Shown in pieces: positions 31,626 through 43,700 of a DNA stretch of 64,000 nucleotides. The translations under genes were made by a program, and so were the position numbers. The DNA is from Prorocentrum cordatum. Lineage: Eukaryota. The stretch covers positions 1-64,000 of the forward strand of contig CAUYUJ010000128.1 of the NCBI GenBank assembly GCA_963575745.1, written 5' to 3'. Under the pieces are notes generated by a model. It was given only the letters and a program-made list of their open reading frames with translations. It did no database searches and was not told where the DNA came from. How positions within the stretch are numbered: the stretch's first letter is position 1; every line of letters begins with the position of its first letter.

Positions 31626-34600
31626 ATGAGCGCCCCCGCGGAGGCGCCGCCCGAGGCGGCGGGCGCCGCCGCGCGCCGCGGCGTGGAGCGCCCGGCGCCG
31701 GAGCGGCCACCGCCGCCGCCCGCGGCGGAGCAGGGCGGGGTCCCCGACGACAAGGGGCCGTGGTGGGCGGGCCGCCTCGGGGGGGGGGGGAGCGCCAGGG
31801 CTCGGTGGGCCCTGGACACGTGGGACCAGCGGCAATAGATTTGGCTTTCTCTCTCTCTCTCTCTCTGTATATATATATATATATACATGCAGATTTGTGG
31901 GGTTGCAATGCATTTGGGCGTGCAATGCATTTCGGGGCGCAGGTGTATTGCTGCATTTTCGCGTGCAACGCATTACTTGCAACGTAATGCAATACAATTG
32001 TCCGGCGCAGTACATTTGCAATACAATTGCCCCAAATCTATTACACCACCCCTTTCAGCTGGATCCCATTTGGGGTCACCTCGAATATGACAGTGTCGTT
32101 TTGTTACCGGTTTCGTTTTGCCGTTCTCTTGCCCGTTCGCGCGCCGTTTTTGTGCCCGGTTCTGTCGCCGTTTTTGTGCCCGGTTCCGGCTCCAGCGCCC
32201 ATCCAGGAGCCGTTCTTGTCGCCTTCTTTTGCCGCTTCCGTTTTCAAGTGAGACCTTTTTGAAAACAGTGAAATACGGCCCCGCCGTTTCCATCGGGAGC
32301 CCCCAAACGGGGTGGTGACCACACCGTGTGGTGAGTCGGTGGGGAGCCGGGGGGGGTCACCGCACGGTTTTGGGAATTGGGTCGTTGTCCGAGGATGTCT
32401 CGGGCGACTGAGGCCTCCAGGGTCCCAAAACCGTTTGGTGACGGACCCTGCGGCGAGGTCTGCGGGGATTTCGAGGTCACCGCCGGGTTCTGTCACCACA
32501 CGGTTTTGGGACCCCCATATCCCAGACCCCCGATGTCACGAGTTGTTTCGCAGCGTCGACCTTCAGAGGTCTCGACCCACCACTCCCCTGGACGAGCTTT
32601 TCACCCCGAGTCTGTCTTTTTACCCGCCTGAGGCCCCGCCCGCCTGTGCCCTGTCTCCCCAATGAGAGCTGCGCGTAGCCCGCCCAGCTTTTACCGGAAG
32701 AGGTTCGCTCCCGCCCCGCAGACCAAAAAAGTCTCGTACGGCCCCAAGCCTCGAGCGGCCAGGGCCCCCCGAGGCCGAAATTAGGGAGAGACCGCCCGCC
32801 GCGATTTTTGTTCCCTTACCCGATGGGGGCCTGGGGATCCCGGGGCCCGCCGAGGCCCAGGGCCGCGACGGCAGGGCCCGCCGCGATTTTTTTCCCTTCC
32901 CCGAGGGGGCCAGGGGACCCCGGGGCCCGCCGAGGCCCCGGGCCACGCCGGCAGGCTCTGGGCCCCCCCGGCGGCCTCCGGCGGCCCTCGCCGTGCTGCG
33001 GCGCGGGGGGCTCGCGCTGGCTGGCGAGCTCTCAGTGTGTTAGGCACCGCTCGGCCTCGGCCATGTGCAGGCCCACGCCGGTCCCGCGGAGGGGGTCGAG
33101 GCTCGAGGGAGAAAACATTACACAAACATAAACTTGTGGCGCTCCGCGCGGAGTTCTTGGATCTGCGCCTGGGCCCCCCCCCCCGGCGCCTCCAGTGCTG
33201 CCCCTGGGCTCCGCGCGCCAGGGAGGCGTGTCCAGCGCGAATCCGAGAGATCCGCGCGGAGCGCCAAAAGTTCATGTTTATGAGGTTTCTCTTCTTCTAG
33301 AGACCTCTGGGGCTCACTGGGCCCTGGCGTCTTGGAGGCCCCAGTCGCCCGAGACATCCTCGGACAACGACCCGAGTCCCAAAACCATGTGGTGACCCGA
33401 ATCCCCACCGACTCACCACACGGTGTGGTCACTACCCATTTTGGGGGCTCCTAATGGAAACGGCATGGCCGTATTTTCATTGTTTTCGAAGAGGTCTCAC
33501 TTGAAAACGGAAGTGGCAAAGAAACGGCGACCGGAGAAAAGGCAACGGAAACGGCTCCTGGATGGGAGTTGGAGCCGGAACCAGGCACAAAAGGAGAAAA
33601 GGTAACAGAAACGGCTCCAGGATGGGAGCTGAAGCCGGAACCGGGCACAAGAACGGCGCGGGAACGGGCAAGAAAACGGCAAAACGGAACCGGTAACAAA
33701 AACGGCCGTACCGTGTCCAGGGCCCATTGAGGTCGAGACCTCCTGGGTCCACGCTATGAGAAAATCCTGACGTCGGGGGGCTGGGTCGGTGCATTTCTGC
33801 TTCCTGCTCCTTGTCCCTCCTGCTCCCTCCTACTTCGGGCCTGAAGAGAATGCCCATCCAGAACAGGGATTTAAACTTATTTGGGTAGTTCGCTAGACAG
33901 TTTAGTACATAATAATTTTAACAAGCTCGTGCAGAATAGTTAGCGATATCGACTGTACACCGTCATGAGTATAGTTATAACGATTGTACACCGTCATGAG
34001 TAGATGTAAGCCGTTGAAGCGATGTTGTAAAATAGTATCGAAGACGCCTACGGTGAATCACCGCCGCCCTCTGCCTTCTAAAATCGCCCGTGTGGCCGAG
34101 CGTTGCGGCAAGAGCTCTGCCAAGCCATCGGACCATGTGTTCCCCAAGCGTTGAGGAAACTCTTCGGGAACACGTGGGGGAGGATGGCGGGGAAGATCCT
34201 GAGGAGGAGCAGGAGGCGGAGGAGGAGGCGAAGGAGGAGTAGGAGGAGGAGGAGGAGGAGGAGGGGGCTTCTTGGGAGCCTCTGGGGACACTCTTGGGGC
34301 CTCCTGGGCGCTTCCTGGGAGCCTCTTGAAGGCATATTGGGGGCCTCCTTGAGCCTATTGGGGGCCTTGGGAGGCATTTCGGGGTCCTCTTTGTCCGTCT
34401 TGGTGGGCTCCTGGCCCGTCTGACGCCGTCGAAAGCCGCATTGGGGGCCTCTCTGGGCCGACTTGGGGCCCGCTTGGGGTGCTCCAGGGCCATCTTCGGC
34501 GTCTTGTAGGCCTCTTGGGCTGTCTTGGCGCCCTCCTGGGGTGGTCTTAGGGGCCTCTTGGTCCGTTCTGAGGCCATCTTGGAAGCCTCTTGGGCGATCT

Positions 34601-37251
34601 TGGGGCGATCTGTGGGGGCTCTTGGGCCGTCTCGGGCCAGCGGTAGGCCGAAAAGAAGCAAATGCCAAAATACATCAAACACCTAGGGACGCTCAATGAT
34701 GTTGTGTAAGTCTGGCGCCCTCTAAGAAGCAGGCTCTTTCTAAGGAAGCCTTCCCTCCTCCCTCCTCCCCCTTGTGCGCGCCGCCAAGTTTCGCTAATCG
34801 ACGTGCGTCTCGCCGGATACGTTCGGCCGTTTTGGGGCGTTGATAAGCTACCCTGCTGGGGTCCCCTGGCAGCGTTCGCGAAGAACGGCTTGCTGCAAGG
34901 GTATCTGTCCGCCCTCGACTGCTGCTGCGTCTCCTTCTTCCCCATCCTTCCCTTCCTGCTTGTCGTCGTCGTCCTCCTCCTCTTCCTCCTCCTCCTCCTC
35001 CTCTTCCTCCCCTTCCTCCTCCCCTCCTCTTGCTCGTCCTCCTCTTCCTCCTCCCCTGCCTCTTCCCCTTCCTCCTCCTCTTCCTCCTGCTCGTCGTCGT
35101 CCTCCTCCTCCTCCTCCTTCCCCTCCTGTCTTTTTTCCGGGTTTGGCCAGCGCAGGCTGGCCGCAGCCGTCGCGGCTAGATGGCGGCAGCCCGAGAACAC
35201 AACAAACGGGATCGGAACGCAGAACCCGATCCACCTCACAGGGATAGACTAGCAGTCCTTCTCTTCCTCCTCCTAGATGTCCTCCTCCTCCTCTTCCTCC
35301 TCCTCCTCCTCTTCCTCATCGTCATCCTGCTCTCTCCCGAGGACGCCAGTGGAAAGGATGAGGAAATGTAAGGAAAGGATGACTGAGGAGCCAGTCGGAA
35401 GAAGGTGAGGACGATGAGCAAAAGGGCCGAAGAGGAGGAACAGGAGAGAGGAGGTGGAGTTAGAATTGAAGGGGTCGTTTGCGTGAAAACGAAGGAGGAA
35501 GAGAAGGAGGAGGAGGAGGAGGAGGAGGAGAAGGAGGAGGAGGAGGACCAGGGGTGGAGAACAGGATGTCGAGGAGGAAGAGGAGGAGGAGGAGGTGGAT
35601 GAAGAGATGGAGCGGGTCGACGGAGAGGGAGGGAGGAGGAGTGGAAACTAGAAGAGGAGGAATGAGGATGAGATGCGATCAGACCTCCTGAGATCTCCAG
35701 TGCCCAGGGACTTCCCAAAACATCCAGGATCCTAGACCCTCGAACGTCCGGCCTCCTTCGCGTCGCCAGGAGAGGAGGAGGAGGAGGAGGAGGAGGAGGA
35801 GCAGGAGCAGGAGCAGGAGCAGGAGGAGGATGACAAGCAGCAGGAGCAGGAGGAGACTGATTGAGGAAGAGCAGGCGAGGACGAAGAAGTGAGGAGGAAA
35901 AGGTCAGCAGGAAGCGTTATGAGGAGGAGGAGGAGGAGGAGGAGGAGGAGGAGGAGGAGGAGAGAGTATGAGTGGCGAGGAGGAGGAGGAGGTGGTGGAG
36001 AAGGAGCAGCAGGACGATGATCAGGAGGAGGAACTTGAGCACGGGGACATATTGGAGTCTGGAAGAGGTTGGAGGGAGATGGAACCGCCCTGCCCCTCGG
36101 GCATGCCTGCCGACCACGGGGCGAGAGCAGAGACCCGGACAAGGGCTTCGGCGGCTGGCTGAAGAGCAAGAAGAACGAAATCAAGGCGCACACGAAGGAG
36201 ATACGCGAGAACGCGCACCTCATCGCCCAGGACATCGAGGAGGAGGAGGAGGAGGATCGAGGATCGAGCATGCTGTTCGCTGAAGTGCGCATTGCGCCTT
36301 CTGCAACGCCCTCGACGCCAAAGCTTGATCGGCTGCGAGATTCTGGCCAGAACGCACCCGTGGAGTCTGGAGATGTTGAGGGGTCGACTGTTGAGGGTCG
36401 AGGTTTGATGTTTTGGGCTTTCCGGGGGGGGGCGGAGTCCTCTGGGGACCTGTATCCAGTGACCCCTTGAGATCTCGCCCCCCCCTCGTCCTCCTCCTCC
36501 CCGCCTCGTCTTCGGTTGAGCCCCTCGTCCTCACTTGTCCTCCTCTGCCCCCCCCCCCCCCCCCATCGCCCTCCCCGCCCCCCGCCCAGGACATCGCCAG
36601 GGGCATCCCCAGCCAGCCCGCCCACAGGGGGCCCCGCACGGGCGAGGAGCGCCTGGAGTTCACGTTCATGCAGCGTGCGCTGGGCCTCGAGCTGGACCTG
36701 CGCGAGGGGGTCGTGCGCGCCATCAAGCCAGGAGGTCAGGCTGAGTCGCTGCTTGTGCAGGTCATGGACCGGCTGGTAGCGATCGACGGGGACCCGTTGC
36801 CTGAGGTGGAGGACGGAGACCAGTTCATCTTGAGGAACATAAGGACAACATAAACATACACGTGTGGATATCCGCGCGGATTGCTTGGACCTGTGCTGGG
36901 CCCCCCTGGCGGCGGCTCCGTCGCTGCCCCTGGCGCGCTCAGCGCGCCAGGGAGGGGGTGCCGAGCGCTCCAAAAGTTATGTTCATACAGTTCTTGTGTT
37001 CCTCTCGCATCGAGATGCTGAAGCAGCGGATGCAGTCGATGCCTAGGCCGGTGACACTCACCTTCGCCCGCGCCTGCATGCTGGGAACTGGACGGCAAGC
37101 ACGGGAGAGCAGCGACGCGGCCCGTCCGCCGGCGTCCCCAGGTATACCCGACGTCTCGTCTTGGTAAAGGTAGTGTCCAGCTACATTGCCCTATTGCGAA
37201 GGCCTTACACCCGATCCCCCCATCCCGAAGGGGCAGTACGACGACGACGAA

Positions 37252-37283
<32 letters not shown>

Positions 37284-37288
37284 CAACG

Positions 37289-37346
<58 letters not shown>

Positions 37347-37404
37347 TGGCGACGGCGACGACGACGTCGCCGACGACGACGACGACGACGGCGACGGCGA
37401 CGGT

Positions 37405-37456
<52 letters not shown>

Positions 37457-37686
37457 CTGACGCTCTGGAGCCGAAAGTTTCTCTCAGTGAGGGGTGTCGC
37501 CCCCCGGGCGGGGGGTCACAACCCCCAGGTCCCCCCCCCCCTTCCAGGGACCCTCCCCTCCGCGTCGGAGGGGTCAAGGATCAAAGGGACGGGGTTGAGG
37601 TCGACTCGACTACGACCCTGCTCCGCTTCCTTCTGGCTGGACTTCCCCTGAGGGGGAGCGGCGACGATGACATCGACGGCGACTCA

Positions 37687-37728
<42 letters not shown>

Positions 37729-40700
37729 AGGGGGGACGGCGACGGCGACGACGACGACGACTTAAACGGAACAGCCTCCCGCACACTCGTCGGGTTGGAT
37801 CAAATCGGGGTCCCCAGAAGTGCTGTCTGACCGCTTCCCCAGGGCCGGCTCTTCGTCTCGAGGCATCTGTGGATTGTCCCGCCAGGGACCCGGGCGCGAC
37901 GTCGTCGTCGTCGTCGTCGTCGTCGTGGTCGTGGTCGTCGTGGTCGTGGTTGTCTTGGTCGTCGTGGTCGTTGTGGTCTTCGTCGTCGTGGTCGTGGATT
38001 TCGTGGCCGTCGTGGCCTCTGTCGTCGTCTTGGTCGTCGTTGTCGTCTTCGTCGTCGTCGTGGCGCAGGATATCCGCCTTGATGTCTGTCTACCGTCTGG
38101 ACCCATGCCAAGAGGCACTCTGCTTGCCTCCAGGGTGCCCTGGATCTCTCTGGGGAATCGATGTTTTTGGCATGGGAAGCGCTACTGTGAGCGGCTTGAA
38201 TAAGGAACGCTTACTTTTCAAAAGGGGCTCGGTCGTTCCTTAGGCTTGCATGCGTTATTTATCGTTCCCTATTCGTCATGTATTATTTGTTCATCGTTCC
38301 CCATGCGTTATTCCTTGGAAGAAATGGGCTTCGTTCCTTAGTTATCGTTCCTTAGGTCAGGCCGATGACTGTACGTTCCCACACCAAGAACCCATGGACG
38401 TCCTGGGGTTTCAGGGTTAGGGTTCTTGTGGAAGCTTTCTTCTGGGCTGGCCTCCGCCGGAGGTCTCTGGGCCGTGCTTCAAGGGAGGAAAAATCACCCA
38501 GACCGCACAATTGGCGTTTGGTATACGGCCCTGGGCGTTTACTAAACAGCCCTGCCCTGTTCGATTCCGTCTTTGGGTGCGTTTACTAAACGGCTTCGCA
38601 TGTCGGGTTCGTTGGGAGTGGATTTTCTGCCCTCAAGTCTCTTCCCGCCCCACCGTCACAGGGGGGCGCGACGTCCCTGAAGACAGGACAGGGTGGGCAC
38701 GGGTGGGCTGCATGGCCAGCTCAACATCGGAAGAGGCATCGTAGGGTGGAAACCCGTGCTGAGGAACACCTTTCTTGCCTCTAGGGTGCCCTGGGTGTCT
38801 TGGGTTTCGATGATCCTGATCGAGGAATAAAATGCGACATGAACACAAACTTTCGAAGAATAAAATGCGACATGAACATGAAGCACGGCATAAAATGCCG
38901 TTGTTGGTTCTTCTAGGGGATGCGAAGTCCCTTAAGACAACGGGACGGGGTGGGCACGAGTGGGGGGCATCATGGCCGGCTCAACATCGAAGTAGGCATT
39001 ACAGCCTCATCGAAGAGGCTTTGCCTTCCATGCGTAGCATTTAGTCGGGCTTGCCCCTCTACAAGAGGAGTATCCCAAAATAGTAAACATCTAGTGTGCG
39101 GACGTTTTTTTTTGTACTAGTTTGACTAACCTTGAGCATCTCTTGGCCATTCTTTATCTGTCGTCCGACATCTGCCTGTAGGAGGACGTGCCCGACCTAG
39201 GCGGGGTATGCCCTCCCCACCCCATCGCCCCTTTCCGGGCGCCGCGGGCGCCAGCTGAGAGGCTGCCCGCGGGCGCCCAGGCGCTCCTGCCTGATAAGGG
39301 CTTGCCTTCCGGTTCCCCGGCGTCCTTCCGGACGAGGAGGACCGGCCTGAGGAGCGGGACCAGGTGCCGGAGGAGGAGGAGGAGGAGGAGGAGAAGGAGG
39401 AGGGTAGACGGGGAAGTGGAGAAGGACGAGGATCGGGTATAGCCAGGACCCTTGGTGAGGGGAGGAGGGTTGGGTGATTGGGCCCTGGCGCCCCCCAAAT
39501 GGGCCAGAACCACTAAACCAGGTCTGCCGTAGTTTGGGTTTTCCGGGGGACATCACTAAACCAGGTCCTGCTAAGCCCAGTCTTGCCAATGCCTGAGAGG
39601 AGAAGAGGGGAAAAGGAGCAGGAGGAGGAGGAGGGTGACAAGGGGGAGAACGAGGAGGAGGACGAGGACGATGACGAGATGGAGAAAGAGGAGGACGAGA
39701 TGGAGTAGGAGGAGGAAGACCAGCCTGAGGAGCTAGACCAGGCTCTAGCAGGTCTAGCGGATCAATCGCTCCAAAATATGCCCGAACGCATTCAGAATTT
39801 TCCTCTCACAGAGGAGCGCTCGCAAAGTGCTCATGAAGGACCGCGGCGCCCGATACATTTCCAGACCCGCCGTTGGAGGAGGAGGCGGAGGATGAGGAGA
39901 GATTCGGTCCCCATTCCCGTTCTAATTCTCTGGCGGGTTAATTTCTCCCCCTCCCCCTCCCGCCCATACGTCCGACGTTGTGTTTTTTTGGTCAACAACG
40001 TGGACCCCGAAGGGTCTGGACCTCTTCTGGGGGACAGATTCTCATCCCGAGCCGTTTTTTTGACTACGGTCCTGGCAAGACAGACGGTTTCCATATGCGG
40101 AAAAATGGCCCACAACAACCAACACACACACACAATCACCATGTGTTCACGAACCTGGGATGTCGAAGGTGATGCAGCTGGTCCCACCGAACCGTGGACA
40201 CCACTGGGTGTTCGCGTCCAGCTCCCTTTCCCTCCTCTCCTCCTCCTCCTCCTCCTCTCCTCCTCCTCCTCCCTCCTCCTCCTCCTCCTCCTCCTCCCTC
40301 CTCCTCCTCCTCCTCCTCCTCCTCCTCCTCCCTCTCGTTCCCTCACAATCCTCCTCCGCCTCCTCCTGCCCGCGGTGTCCAGAGCGCGTCTCCTGGGATT
40401 CCATGGGGTAGTTTTCGCTGCGAAGCCTCAGGACTGGAAACTCTCCAAGTTGTAGGCGTGCTGGAGGCCCGAGGTGCGCGGCAGGCCTTTCGGTTCTGGG
40501 GCTGCTTTTCTTTGCTGAAGTGAAAGAGGAGGAGGAGGAGGAGGAGGAGGAGGAGGAAGGGAGGAGGGGGGAGGAGGAGGAGGAGGAGGAGAGGAGGAGG
40601 AGGAGGAGGAGGAGGAGGAGGAGGAGGAGAGGAGGAGGAGGAGGAGGAGGAGGAGGAGAGGAGGAGGAGGAGGAGGAGGAGGAGGAGGAGGAGGAGGAGG

Positions 40701-43700
40701 AGGAGGAGGAGGAGGAGGAGGAGGAGGAGGAGGAGGAGGGAGGAGGAGGAGGAGGAGGAGGAGGAGGAGGAGGAGGAGAGGAGGAGGAGGAGGAGGAGGA
40801 GGAGGAGGAGGAGGAGGAGGAGGAGGAGGAGGAGGAGGAGGAGGAGGAGGAGGAGGAGGAGGGAGGAGGAGGAGGAGGAGGAGGAGGAGGAGGAGGAGGA
40901 GGAAGGAGGAGGAGGAGAAGGAGAAGGAGGAGAAGGCGAGAGCTCCTGCCCCGGCACGTGCCTGTCTGTGTCTTCCTTCAGCCTTCGTCGCACAGCATTT
41001 TTCGGGAGGGTGCGGTGCGGGGCGTCACCTGCGGGGCTGCGGTGCCGTAGGTGGGGTCGTTGCGTTTCCAATCCGGCGCGCTTCCCGACTGGACCTCGGG
41101 ACAAACGAAGCATCACAACACAGGTCTTCTCCTCCCTCCTCCCTTCTCCTCCTCCTTCCCCTCCTGCCTCTTCGAGCCTTCTCCTCCATTCATTGTCCTT
41201 ATACATAACTTGTCCATGTCGCACCCCGAGTCCACTTTTTAGGGCGGGCCCTGCGTTTCGCCTGACACTTCCTTACCATTTATGAATATGAAGCGTCAAA
41301 AGTTTAAACAGTTTCACAGGTGGAGGGCGGGTGGTTTCCAAAATGTGGCTCTCGCCTCAGCGCAGCGCACATTCGTTTTAGAAATTTGCAAGAGCTTCAC
41401 GAATTAAGAACGGGCCGTTTTCAACATGTGGTTCTCGCCTTAGCGCGGCACGTATTCGTTTTCCAAATTTGCAAAAAATTTACCGATTGAGGGCGAGTGG
41501 TTTTCAAAATGTGGTTCTCGCTTCTGCGCCGCACTGTTTTTTTATTTGCAAGAGTGTCACGGATTGATGGCGCTTCTTTTTTCAAACTGTGGTTGTCGCT
41601 TTAGCGCCGCGCACATTCGTCTTAAGCAGTTGCAAGAATTTCGCGGATTTCCATCATCAACGTACCAGAAATGGTGTTATGGAGGGATTCCGGATCATGC
41701 GGGTGCAACAGTGACGTTGGTTCTCGGTGTTAAGTTCTACGAATGACGTTCTCGCGCGGTTCAGGATCGCCAAGACGCAACAGTCAGGTTGATCCGTGGC
41801 GTTGGAATCCCGAGAACAATGTTTTGGCGTCCATCAGGGTCTTCAAACGGGCGTCTTCCAACGAGACAGTTCCAACAACGGAAATGAACCATTGTAGGGG
41901 CCTATAACGAGGGAGCTTGGAGGGAGGGTTTACTCCAATATCGTTGATGACTCTCTGGTTTACACTGGTCCTCCTCCTCCTCTTCCTCCACCTCCTTCTT
42001 CGTACTCCTAGTCCCGAAGTTGCGCACTGCATCGGCACGGGGCGGCCGAGAGCACGGGCGGGGCCTTTGCCGGAGAGGTCCCCGAAAGGAGCCTCTCCCC
42101 AGGCCTTCCCCTCCTCTCCCCTTTGCGTTCGCTTCCCGGGCGAAGGTGCGGCTTCCTCCGTGCAGGGTGGGGTTCGGAGGCGGGCCAGGGCGAGCTGGGC
42201 AGCCATAGGCTGTCCCCCCCCCCCGCCCTCCCCCTCACTCCTATCGCCGCACGAGCGAGCCTGCCTTTCCCTTGGGAGGACGTCGTCGCAGAGTCGACGC
42301 AGTCGCCCCCATGGGCCCTGCGACCCTTGGCCAGACAGGAGATATGGGCGCGTGCGCCCAGCTCCTCTACGGGAGGACACCGATCCTCCTCGCTCCCCGA
42401 TTCCGATTCCTCCCTCCTCCTCCTCCCTGACCCCTCCCTCCCCTCCTCCTTCGGAGGGGTCTTCGTCCTCCCTCCCCCATCCCTCCCCTCCTTCCTCCTC
42501 TTCTCCTCTCTCTCCTCCTCTCCTCCCTCTCCCATCCCTCCCCTCTCCTCCTTCTTCCTCTTCCTCCTCATCCCTCCCCTCCTCCTTCCTCCTCCCATCC
42601 CCCTTCCCTCCCCTCCTCCTTCCCTCCCCTTCTCCTTCATCCCTCTCCTCGTCCTCCTTCCTCCTCCATCCCCCCTCCTCCCTCCCCCTCCTCCCGCTCC
42701 CCTTTCCTCTCCTGCCGCCCTCGTCCTGGAGGTGCTGGACATGGTCGCCAAGCGCATGCCCGCCCTCGGCTTCGGGCGGGCCGGCGAGGCGGCCGAGGCA
42801 AGCGAGCTGCGGGAGCTGGCCCAGCGCCTGGAGGCGGAGCTGCAGCAGGCCCGCGAGGAGCCCGGCCGGGGACGGGAGGCAGCGGCGCGAAGAAGAGCAG
42901 CGGTCTCGGAGGAGGCGGCGGAGGAGGGCTTCGGGGAGTTGCTTCGCGGGGTGGCGGCGAGACGGGGAAGGGCGAGGAAGCGTGCACCTCTTGTGTCCCT
43001 GCGGGGCCCCAGGGGCCGCTTCAGGGCCCCTATCGGGCACAAGACGTGCACGTTCCTTCGCCCCCACATTTTACCGCCCCCCATTGATCAAGCAGTGGCG
43101 AAGCGTCCTGGCGTGCCTATATGCCTACCAAGCAATGTTCTAAGAGCCTTTTCGTGGTTTCCACGACATGTTCTTAGGACACGGTTGGCTGGGACTGCCC
43201 TGTTTTTTCACATCGGGTTCATGTTCTAAGAACCGTGTTTTGTTATTCGAACATCTTTGGGTTCTCAGAACATTCCGTGGCCAATAGGAATGCGGGGACG
43301 GTCGGTCCCTGCTCAACATTAAGCATCAGCCGAGAGTGGCGAGGAGTACGAGGAGGGCGATGACGAGGAGGGGGAGGACGAGGAGGAGGAGGAGGAGGAG
43401 GAGGAGGCAGACGAGGGCGAGGACGTCGAGGAGGATAAGGCAGAGGCGGACAAAAAGCTCGAGGGGGGGGAGAGCGAGGCTGACGCTGAGGAAAACGACG
43501 ACCAGAGGAGCCCGCTGGGGAAATGCGCTGGCTCGAAGAAAAACGTCGATCCGGCGGCGGAAGCCCAAACATGCGCCCCCTTGAAAGAGTTAGGACGGGA
43601 ATTTGTTTTGTCTGTTTTCGGCTTTCTGGGGGCCTCGGACCGTCAGACACACGACTCCGGATGACACGCCGGTCCTGGGGAAATGGTCGGGACTCCCGTG

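Noticed and set aside
37615..37700. Alternative exon GSGDDDIDGDSD between exons 4 and 5
   Set aside because: It shares a short repeat with 37107, but I found no canonical in-frame donor. A canonical GT-AG join 37141 to 39299 already works.
40343..43229. Long poly-Glu/Arg/Gly/Pro/Ser ORFs
   Set aside because: These are GGA/CCT microsatellite read-through; only 42732-42857 looks like a true exon.
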